From the NCBI GenBank assembly GCA_022072455.1, contig JAJVHY010000014.1, forward strand, positions 57,693 through 121,692: a stretch of 64,000 bases of DNA, in the 5' to 3' direction. The position numbers and the translations under genes are program-made. Source of the stretch: Verrucomicrobiia bacterium (lineage in GTDB: Bacteria; Verrucomicrobiota; Verrucomicrobiia; Palsa-1439). The notes below the pieces were generated by a model. The model worked only from the letters and a program-made list of their open reading frames with translations. It made no database searches and was not told the DNA's origin. Positions 53,040-61,296 of the stretch are shown one piece after another (the stretch's first letter is position 1; the number at the start of each line of letters is the position of its first letter).

Positions 53040-55990
53040 AATGGATTCAACCGTGGGTGTTTTTCGCGTTGGTTTTACCGGCGGTGGCGGATTGGCCGGC
53101 GGGCGCGGAATACCGGTTGGAATGGCAGTTCGCACCGGTGGCGACCACGCAGTTTGCGCGGGTGCCTGACTACCGGCGGTTTGGCCAGTTGATCGGGAAA
53201 CTTTCCGTCGTCGCCGACGAAGCCGGCAAGCCGACGACGTGGGCGGTGCGGACTGGCGACGACGGGAAACCGGAACTCTGGTTTCAGGTCGCGCCGCAAC
53301 GCCGGTACTTCACGTATTGGGGAAAATCGTTGAAACCGAGCGCCAGTGGTGAGGTGCCGGAAATCGGCAGCGACGCGGCCGTGGCCACACCCGGCGAAAT
53401 GCAACGTCCGCCAGTCTGGCGCGTGAAGAACGGGCTGTTGGAGCAGCTGACGCGCGGGAAAAACATGCTTTTGATATCGCAGCCGGTCTTCACGAATTTC
53501 GAGTTGAGTTTTCGCGTGAAGACGGACGCGCTGGCCGGCGTTGTCGTGCGGGCGCAACCGGAAGATCCCGATGTCAGTGGAATTTATTGGTTGGTCGGGA
53601 AAGACGAAAATAAACTCTGGGGGGCGCTGCCGGATGCGACGCCGGGGCCGGGCTTGGTGGCGCGGGAGTGGAATCAGTTCAAGGTCACGGCGCAGGGGCA
53701 AAAGCTGAGTTTCAGTCTGAACGGCGCAGTGTCAAAAACAGTGGAGTTGCCGGAGGGCGTCGCGGAACGGGGTGTGATCGCGTTGGCGACGCATGGTGGG
53801 CCGGCGCAGTTTGCGGACGTGCGCGTCGTGGCTGCCGGCCGGGAAGTGTTCGCCGACAATTTTGCCGGCCGCGAAGTGGCCGCGACCCGCTGGCGCAATC
53901 CCGACGGCAACACGTGCCGCGGTTTCGTGCGGGTGGTGAACACCGGCAACCAGCCGACCCCGTACGAGATGAACCTCGCGTTCCATCGCGATCCGTGGGT
54001 GCGCCGGGGTGTGCCGTTGGACGAGAAACCGACCCCAGTCGGCGAGGCGACAGCGTGGTTGTATCCCGCCGACACGCTGCCGCGCGCGCCGTTCACGGTG
54101 ACGATCCGGGGTGGGGAGGGGCGGGCGGAATACTTTTCGGCGTTGAGCGATACGGTCCCGCTGCGCACATTGCCGGCGACGGAGCCGGTGGAGTTCCAGC
54201 GGATGAGTGTGTACCGGGCGGAGGACTTGCCGTCGGACAGCGAGTTGGGACAGGCCACGCTGGCCGCGGTGCAGGCGATGCAGTTCAAAGGCAAGGCCCC
54301 GGCGCGGTTCCCGACCGGCTACCCCGAGGGCAACGAATTCGACTTGCGTGCGGGCCGGGTGCTCGGATTCAACGCGGTACATGGCGTGCCGAAGGCGGAG
54401 ATATTCAACGCGCTTGGATTCAAATTCATCTACGGTTACACGCACCTGCTCACGGCCCGTGGCAAAGGCGCGGGGTACCAGCACGATGTGAACCGGGCGG
54501 AGATGGAAACACTCGCGGCGCGGTACCGGCAGGCGGGATTGCTTGACCGGGTTTACTTGATCAGTGTGTTCGATGAGCCGGGGTTGAGCATTAAGAAGTC
54601 CCTCGAAAAAGGGCTCGGTAACCTCGAAAAGGATCCGTCAGCTTGGACGCAGATCCTTAGTGCCGCCGGGCTGAAACCCACCGACTTGGAGCGCCCGGAG
54701 ATCGAGTCCACGAATCTCTGGGCGCGCGTCCGCGGCTGGAAGGCCGACGAACGCGCCGCCAATCCGCTCGGTGTGTACCGGACGATGCGCGTGTTCCAGT
54801 CCATCTACGCGACGCGGTTCGGGAACGCGCGGACCGCGATCCGTGCCGCGTTCGGCACCAACGTGCTCGTCACCGCCAACGTCCACGCCGATCATTGGTT
54901 TCGCGGCACGCTGACCGACATTGAGCCGTGGCAGCTTTATTCCGAACTCGAAGCCCTCGATGTCCCGCGCGCCTGCGATTACTTCGTCGGCTGGCCGCAA
55001 AACGAGGAGTACCTGATTGACTCCATGCGCTGCGCGCTCCGGCCGCATGACAAGCCGGTGGATGCCTACCTCGCCGCGCAAGCCAGCTATCTCAGCCGGT
55101 CGCCGACCAGCCTGAAACTCCGGGCCTTCTCCGCAATCGGGGCCGGCGCGCGGTCGTTGTCATTCTACGAATGGGGGCCGCGGCGGTTCGCGACGGAGAA
55201 CTGGTATGACACCGACCGGCGGCGGCTGCGCGTCATTGGTGAAGTCAATCATGCCGTGGGGTGGGTCGAGGACATCCTGCTGGAGGGCCGCCCCCGCCAA
55301 TCCACGGTGGCAATTTTATTCTCGCGCGCGAGTGAACTTTGGGAAGCGCTGGACGGCGAGCGCGCCGAAGCCAACGAACGCCGGCAACTCTTTCATCTGT
55401 TGCGCGGCCTGCATCAGCAGCCGGACTTCCTGCACGACGAGTTCCTTGCCGACCTCGACCAGTACCGGGTAATTTTTCTCACGCAAAAGTGCATGGCCAA
55501 ATCCGTTGCCGACCGGCTCCGCGCGTGGGTGGAGCGCGGCGGCAAGCTGATCGCCTCCGGTGAATGCGGCACGCGCGACGAATTGGGCCGACCGGCGCAG
55601 TTTCTGACGGGAAAGGTGATTCAAGCGGAGCGACTCGGGCAAGCGTATCATACCGGCACGAAGCTGGAGAACGACGTTCTCGTCGGGATGAATGCCGCCG
55701 TGCGCGACCGGGTGGCGCAGTGGTTACCGGCGCCGTTCTGTGCGACGGACCATCCGTTGATCGGCGCGCGGCTCATTGACAGTCCCGCCGGCAGCGTCGT
55801 GGTGATCGTCAACAGCACCGGCGAACCGCGCGTGGACAAGGTGCGGGTCACGGTGCAGAAAGCCGGCGTGAAACGCGTCGAAAGTCTGGAGCAGGGACTG
55901 CTGAACTTCAAAACCAAGAACGACACGGTGAGCTTCGAGCTGCCGGTACAGTTGACCGATGTCGTGCTCATGAGGAACAACGATGATTGA
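53036..55990 (+). CDS. Secreted DUF1080 (3-keto-disaccharide-hydrolase-like LamG) module fused to glycoside-hydrolase-like body, paralogous to 19304..22402
   Basis: Signal peptide MKWIQPWVFFALVLPAVA. VWRVKNGLLEQ..FELSFRVK..EWNQFKVTAQGQKLSFSLNG..AQFADVRV has DUF1080 style. The remainder is collinear with 19304..22402. Confidence 0.5.
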   Translation: MKWIQPWVFFALVLPAVADWPAGAEYRLEWQFAPVATTQFARVPDYRRFGQLIGKLSVVADEAGKPTTWAVRTGDDGKPELWFQVAPQRRYFTYWGKSLKPSASGEVPEIGSDAAVATPGEMQRPPVWRVKNGLLEQLTRGKNMLLISQPVFTNFELSFRVKTDALAGVVVRAQPEDPDVSGIYWLVGKDENKLWGALPDATPGPGLVAREWNQFKVTAQGQKLSFSLNGAVSKTVELPEGVAERGVIALATHGGPAQFADVRVVAAGREVFADNFAGREVAATRWRNPDGNTCRGFVRVVNTGNQPTPYEMNLAFHRDPWVRRGVPLDEKPTPVGEATAWLYPADTLPRAPFTVTIRGGEGRAEYFSALSDTVPLRTLPATEPVEFQRMSVYRAEDLPSDSELGQATLAAVQAMQFKGKAPARFPTGYPEGNEFDLRAGRVLGFNAVHGVPKAEIFNALGFKFIYGYTHLLTARGKGAGYQHDVNRAEMETLAARYRQAGLLDRVYLISVFDEPGLSIKKSLEKGLGNLEKDPSAWTQILSAAGLKPTDLERPEIESTNLWARVRGWKADERAANPLGVYRTMRVFQSIYATRFGNARTAIRAAFGTNVLVTANVHADHWFRGTLTDIEPWQLYSELEALDVPRACDYFVGWPQNEEYLIDSMRCALRPHDKPVDAYLAAQASYLSRSPTSLKLRAFSAIGAGARSLSFYEWGPRRFATENWYDTDRRRLRVIGEVNHAVGWVEDILLEGRPRQSTVAILFSRASELWEALDGERAEANERRQLFHLLRGLHQQPDFLHDEFLADLDQYRVIFLTQKCMAKSVADRLRAWVERGGKLIASGECGTRDELGRPAQFLTGKVIQAERLGQAYHTGTKLENDVLVGMNAAVRDRVAQWLPAPFCATDHPLIGARLIDSPAGSVVVIVNSTGEPRVDKVRVTVQKAGVKRVESLEQGLLNFKTKNDTVSFELPVQLTDVVLMRNNDD

Positions 55991-56726
55991 TGGCACCAAG
56001 ACAACATTTGATTGGCAGGCGAGCGCGACGGACATCGCGGTCTTGCCGGTCGGCTCGTTCGAGCAGCACAGTTCGCATCTGCCTTTGTTGACCGATGATA
56101 TTCTGGCCGAACACTTCGGCCGGATGGCGGCGGAAGAACTCGATGCGGCGTTGCTGCCAGTGATGAATTTCGGGACGTGTTTCGAGCATTCGGCGTTTCG
56201 CGGTTCGGTGACGCTGCGGCCGGAAACGCAGATGGCGATTGTTCGCGATGTGGCCGCGGCAGTGGAGCGACACGGGTTCCGGTTTCTCGTGATCGTGAAC
56301 AGCCACGGTGGCAATTTCAGCTTGTTGCCACCGGCCCGTGAAATCAACACGCAGAATCGGCCCCTGAAAGTCGTGTTGGTCAACTGGTGGGAGTATTGCG
56401 ACCCGGATTGCGTGTCGGACAAGATCCCCATCGCAGGCGAAGTCCATGCCGGCGCGTGGGAGACTTCGATCATGCTGGCGTTGCGCCCTGAACTCGTCGG
56501 AAACGACCGGCGCGATCGGGTGGTGGATCCAACTGATCCACTGCCGTTGGTGCAGCGGGATTTGACAATGTTCGGCTCCGGGCATCTCGCGCCGGGCGGT
56601 GCCATTGGGCACCCCTCGAAAGCTAAAGTGGAGATCGGGCAGGCGGCGTTGCGCTCGATTCGGCAGAACCTTGGCCGGTATCTGCGCGACCGGATTGCGC
56701 GGTTGCGAAAGAACCCGATTTACTGA
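55983..56726 (+). CDS. Creatininase-family amidohydrolase
   Basis: LPVGSFEQHSSHLPLLTD and NSHGGN. 8-nt overlap with the upstream gene. Confidence 0.75.
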   Translation: MIDGTKTTFDWQASATDIAVLPVGSFEQHSSHLPLLTDDILAEHFGRMAAEELDAALLPVMNFGTCFEHSAFRGSVTLRPETQMAIVRDVAAAVERHGFRFLVIVNSHGGNFSLLPPAREINTQNRPLKVVLVNWWEYCDPDCVSDKIPIAGEVHAGAWETSIMLALRPELVGNDRRDRVVDPTDPLPLVQRDLTMFGSGHLAPGGAIGHPSKAKVEIGQAALRSIRQNLGRYLRDRIARLRKNPIY

Positions 56727-56804
56727 AGTGACGCGGCACTCCGCCGACCAGTTGAAGCACAACTTCAAGGAGTGGCAGGACGAACTGAAACGGTTGGGTC
56801 AAGA

Positions 56805-59372
56805 ATGAACAAGAGTGTATTTTTTGCCGAGAAGTCAGGCGACTGCAAATTTCGCGAGCCATGGGTTGCCGCCGCGGCGCGGTGGTTCGCCATGAACGAC
56901 GAGCAGTTGCGTGGGCTGATGTTCGACGCGCAACCGTTGCGGGCGTATCACGTCTGCTCCGACGGCAGTTGCCCGGCGTGCGGCGTCGGGATGCCGACGT
57001 TTGCGTGGCAGTGGGATGCGTGGGGCGCGCCCGGCAAGGCGCTTTGTCCGCATTGCGGTGAGAAATTTCCGAATGAGAAATTTCCCGACGACGGCAACGG
57101 GTATTTCGATGGGAAGAAGCGGTATTACTTCACGGCGGGGTGGTTGTTGTGGGGGCAGTGGCACCGGGTAGTGTTGGCGGGTGTCCGGCATCTGGCGGCG
57201 GCGTACGTTGTCAGTGGCGAGCGTGAGTACGCACGGAAGGCCGGCATTCTCCTGGAGCGCATTGCGGAAGTATATCCGACGTTCGATTTCAGCACGCAGG
57301 GGTTGATTTACGAAAAACGCGGCAGCCACGGGTACGTGGACGTCTGGCATCATGCGGCGCCCGCGACGCGGGAGTTGGCGTTGAGCTACGACGCGGTGCG
57401 GGAGGTCTTACCGGCGGCGGTGTGTGAGAAAATTGAGGTTGGCATTTTGCGCGATGCATTGGCCAACCGGCATAAGATTCGCACGAATTTTCCGCAGGAT
57501 TGGTTTGCGTTGCTGACGTTGAAGGCGGTGCTGGGAGAGCCGTATCGGGACGAGCTCGATGAAGTGTTGGAACGCGCCGCCGCCGTGGACGGGACGACCG
57601 GCGAGAAGGGCATCGCCAATTACACGTCGTACAACTGCGCCGCGACCGGCGAAATGTTGGCGCTGTTCGCGCGGATCGAACCGAACCTGTACCGGGATGC
57701 GTTGCGGAAACATCCGAAGCTGGCACAGACGTTCCGCTTCCATCTCGATACGTGGTGTCTCGGCCGATATTACCCGCTGGTTGGCGACACGCATTGTTTC
57801 GGGTTGCCGGTCGAACGGTACATCGGCGTCGAGTTGCCGAAGCGGGCGGAGGAGTTGGAAGGCTGGCAGATTTTCCCCGAACGCTTGCTGCGGCCGGACA
57901 TGTGTGAGTTTCTGAAGGACTGGTCCGAAGCGACCGGCGACCCGGCCTACGCGCAGATTGCCCGCGGCGAGCCGGTCCAGGTCGGAAGCGTGAACAAATC
58001 GGAGTTCAAGCTCGCGATCCTGCGGTCGGATGAAGCGGCGTTGTGGCTGAATTACGAGGGCGGCGGCGCGCACGGACATTGCGATCAGATGAACCTCGGC
58101 TTGTTCGCGCACGGACTCGATCTGTTGCCGGACTTTGGTTACCCGGCCGTGCACAAGGGCGGGTGGATGAACCCGACGTTCATGTGGTATCCGATGAGCG
58201 CGGCGCACAATACGGTTGTGGTGGACCGGCAAAATCAGCCCCATCTCGACGGCCGGCTCACGCAGTGGGTCACGCAGCCCGGCTTCCAAGTCATGCGCGC
58301 CGAAACCGTGCCGCAGCCGGCGCCGATAACTGGCGAGCATTTTGGATTTTATCTCACGACCCCCGGCAGCATCAGCAACGTGCGCTGCAACGGCGTCGAA
58401 ATCAGTTCCGATTGGCGCGTAATTGATGGCGAATGGCGCATCGAGAACGGTCGGTTAACCGGGCATGGGCAGATTTTGTGTACGCGGAAATTCCCTGGCA
58501 ACCAACGTGTCGAGTACGATGCGACAACGAACGTCGCCAAACCGTGTGATCTGAGCGCGTTTCTCAAGGCGGGCGAACGCGGGTTAAACACCGGAGTTTT
58601 CTTCGGCTTCGGCGCAAAACACAACGAGAGTTCCTACATCATCTACAATTGGCAAGCGTCGCGGTACCGCGAGGCGTGTCAGTCGTCGGTGGTCATCCAG
58701 CCCGGCCAGTTGCATCGCGTGGTCTGTGAGATTGACGGCGCAATGCTCCGGCATTGGGTGGACGGTGCGTTGATCCAGAGTTGCGCCAATGACGGGTTCG
58801 GCCACGTCCCCGGCGCGACCACCGGCAAAGTGTTCGCGCGGACCGTGGGGTTGGCGGAGGCCGGTTACATCGTGGATTTGTTTCACGTCAAAGGCGGCCG
58901 GGAACACTGCAAGTTTTTCCACAGCTACTACGGCACGGTGGCAACGGATTTGAAACTGCAACCCGCCGCGGAATTCGGTCACGGGACGTTGCTGCGCAAT
59001 TTCCGGCACGACCTGCAACCGAAGCCCGGCTGGACTGTGGATTGGGCAATCGAAGACCGGCACAAAGTCTTGCCGGCGGGCAAACAGGTCCGGTTGCGCT
59101 ACACCGATCTCACCGAGGGCGCGGAGGCGCACTTGATGGAGGGTTGGGTCGCGGTCGACAGCTACAACTCCGACGCGGAAGCGTGGATTCCGTTCGTGAT
59201 GACACGGCGCGTGGCGGAGGAGAGTTGGTTTGTCGCGGTGATTGAGCCGTACGAGGGCGCGCCGAATGTGACCGGGATCAAACGAAAGGGGAGCAGTCTG
59301 GAAATTCGATTGCGGAATGGACGCCGGGATGTCGTGCGTTGGAATGACGAAGGAGAAATGAGCCGTGATTAA
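56805..59372 (+). CDS. Heparinase II/III-like lyase-fold protein with N-terminal Cys4 ribbon and inserted DUF1080/LamG-like module
   Basis: GGGAHGHCDQMNLGLFAHGLDLLPDFGYP and SAAHNTVVVD have Hepar_II_III style. CPAC..(21 aa)..CPHC lies at nt 56970..57056. The WRVIDGEWRIENGRLTGHG...HWVDGALI insert lies at ~58411..58800. ATG 56805 aligns with the paralogue start. No signal peptide. Confidence 0.65.
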   Translation: MNKSVFFAEKSGDCKFREPWVAAAARWFAMNDEQLRGLMFDAQPLRAYHVCSDGSCPACGVGMPTFAWQWDAWGAPGKALCPHCGEKFPNEKFPDDGNGYFDGKKRYYFTAGWLLWGQWHRVVLAGVRHLAAAYVVSGEREYARKAGILLERIAEVYPTFDFSTQGLIYEKRGSHGYVDVWHHAAPATRELALSYDAVREVLPAAVCEKIEVGILRDALANRHKIRTNFPQDWFALLTLKAVLGEPYRDELDEVLERAAAVDGTTGEKGIANYTSYNCAATGEMLALFARIEPNLYRDALRKHPKLAQTFRFHLDTWCLGRYYPLVGDTHCFGLPVERYIGVELPKRAEELEGWQIFPERLLRPDMCEFLKDWSEATGDPAYAQIARGEPVQVGSVNKSEFKLAILRSDEAALWLNYEGGGAHGHCDQMNLGLFAHGLDLLPDFGYPAVHKGGWMNPTFMWYPMSAAHNTVVVDRQNQPHLDGRLTQWVTQPGFQVMRAETVPQPAPITGEHFGFYLTTPGSISNVRCNGVEISSDWRVIDGEWRIENGRLTGHGQILCTRKFPGNQRVEYDATTNVAKPCDLSAFLKAGERGLNTGVFFGFGAKHNESSYIIYNWQASRYREACQSSVVIQPGQLHRVVCEIDGAMLRHWVDGALIQSCANDGFGHVPGATTGKVFARTVGLAEAGYIVDLFHVKGGREHCKFFHSYYGTVATDLKLQPAAEFGHGTLLRNFRHDLQPKPGWTVDWAIEDRHKVLPAGKQVRLRYTDLTEGAEAHLMEGWVAVDSYNSDAEAWIPFVMTRRVAEESWFVAVIEPYEGAPNVTGIKRKGSSLEIRLRNGRRDVVRWNDEGEMSRD

Positions 59373-61296
59373 GGTGCCGTTGCCGAAGACGCGCGCTCCA
59401 CTCGTGAACACGCCGTTGACACCGGTCGGTCGCGACGCGAACGGGAATGAGCAGTTCTGGATTTCGAGCGTGAGCCAGCTCTGGGGGGCGATGGGGTTGG
59501 TCGTGGACGAGTGGGGTGCTTGCCGGAAATACTCCTTCCGCGCCGAGCACAAATGCTTCTACAGCGCCATCCGGGATGTTGACCAACCAAACGTCCTCTG
59601 GCTGGCCGGTTCGTTGGATTACTGGGTGCGGCTGGACATGCAGACCGGCAAGTGGAACGAATACGCGACCGGCTTGCCCCGGACCCGCACAACGTCGGGG
59701 GCCCGGTATGACGCGCAGACCGGCAAGATTCTCAACGTCGGCAAGCCGTACATCGGCCGCGCCGGTTACTCCAAACCGGTCGCCACGGTGTTCAGTATCC
59801 GAGAACGCAAGCTCGTCAAAACCATCGAACTGCCGTTTGACGAAGGGATTTTCACCTGGTCATCGTTCCCCGACGGCGACGGCCGGCACACACTGCTGTT
59901 GGAGTGGCCAGGCCTGCGGTTGCTCCATTGGGATCCAGCGACCGACGAAATCGAACACACACCCTTGCCGCCGGGACCGGATCCGGAGTTGACGCACCGG
60001 CAAGTCAGCGACGACCGCGGGCGTTGGTATTTTCCTGAACGCGGCTGGTATGACCCGCGCACCCGGCAATTCGAGAAACCGGCGTGTCCACCCGAACAGG
60101 AGCTGCTGTGGTTCGGCCGGCATGGCGACACGATTTACGGCGGCAAAGTCAGTGCTTGGGACACGCGCACCGGGAAAGTGACGCGCAAGCTGACGATCCC
60201 CGACGGCACGCCGTTGGGCGTAAATCTGACGACGACTGGCAAGCTCGTGACGGTGAGCATGTTCGGTATTTTCTACCGGTACGACCTCGCGACCGGCGCG
60301 CTGGAAGCGACGCGGGTCTTGCCAACGGACGAGTATGGTGTCAACGAGGCGTTGTGCCGCATCGACAAGGACCGCGTCATCGGCGCGCCGTACATCAGCG
60401 CGCAGTTTTGGACGTTGAACCTGCGCACGAAGCAGGGCGAGAACCATGGCCGGGGACAGACGGTCGGCGGCCAGATTTGCCATCTCAAGAATGTGCGCGG
60501 CAAAATCTACATGGCGGCGTATGTGACCGGCGAGTTGATGGAGTACGACCCCGACCGGCCGACGAACTTCCCCTACAATCCGCGCATCGTCGCCGCCGCG
60601 CCGGGCGGGGTGCGTCCGAATTCGCTCACGACCGATGGAACGCGCGTGTTTTACACCTGCAACAAAGGCCCGGAACTTGGTTCGGTATTCACGCGGTACG
60701 ACACGAAGACCGGGCGCGTGGAGTACCGGCAGGATTTGCTGCCGGCGCAGGCGTTGCACGGACTGGTGTATGACAAACGCAGCCGGTCGGTGGTGTGCGG
60801 CTCGACCATGCACGCGGACGGCAAGAGTCGCGTGCCGAAGAGTGACCGGTGCTTCTTTGCGCGGATTGATGCGGACGAGTTGGTCGTGAAGGAATGCGCG
60901 CCCGCGCCGGCAGGGGTGGAGTTGGCCGAGGTGCTCGGCGCGCTCGACGCAAATCGCTGGCTGTGCCGGGTGACGCTGAACCAGCCGGGCTTGCCGGTGC
61001 GCTGGACGGTCTTGGAGCGCGACAATTTTGCCGGCATCGAGCACGCGACCTTGCGCGAGTTTCCGGCGCAGTGCCATGGCATCCTCTCCACCGGCAAGCC
61101 TGGCAAGTTTCTACTGAACATCAGCGACCGGCTCGAAGTTTGGGACATGAAACGGGAGATTTCCCTGGGCACGGTGTTCCGCCCGTATGACACGGCGCGG
61201 ATTGATGGCTATCACCTGTTCATCGAAGGCGACGATCTATTCGTGATGCGGTCGCGCGAACTCGTGGTGGTCGAGAAATGCTTTAAGGATATATGA
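59365..61296 (+). CDS. Hypothetical beta-propeller-like protein
   Basis: Recurrent strand motifs of the type (W/Y)D..TGK: LDMQTGKW, YDAQTGKI, WDTRTGKV, YDLATGAL, YDTKTGRV. GTG start with an 8-nt overlap (GTGATTAA); the start is uncertain. Confidence 0.4.
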   Translation: MIKVPLPKTRAPLVNTPLTPVGRDANGNEQFWISSVSQLWGAMGLVVDEWGACRKYSFRAEHKCFYSAIRDVDQPNVLWLAGSLDYWVRLDMQTGKWNEYATGLPRTRTTSGARYDAQTGKILNVGKPYIGRAGYSKPVATVFSIRERKLVKTIELPFDEGIFTWSSFPDGDGRHTLLLEWPGLRLLHWDPATDEIEHTPLPPGPDPELTHRQVSDDRGRWYFPERGWYDPRTRQFEKPACPPEQELLWFGRHGDTIYGGKVSAWDTRTGKVTRKLTIPDGTPLGVNLTTTGKLVTVSMFGIFYRYDLATGALEATRVLPTDEYGVNEALCRIDKDRVIGAPYISAQFWTLNLRTKQGENHGRGQTVGGQICHLKNVRGKIYMAAYVTGELMEYDPDRPTNFPYNPRIVAAAPGGVRPNSLTTDGTRVFYTCNKGPELGSVFTRYDTKTGRVEYRQDLLPAQALHGLVYDKRSRSVVCGSTMHADGKSRVPKSDRCFFARIDADELVVKECAPAPAGVELAEVLGALDANRWLCRVTLNQPGLPVRWTVLERDNFAGIEHATLREFPAQCHGILSTGKPGKFLLNISDRLEVWDMKREISLGTVFRPYDTARIDGYHLFIEGDDLFVMRSRELVVVEKCFKDI

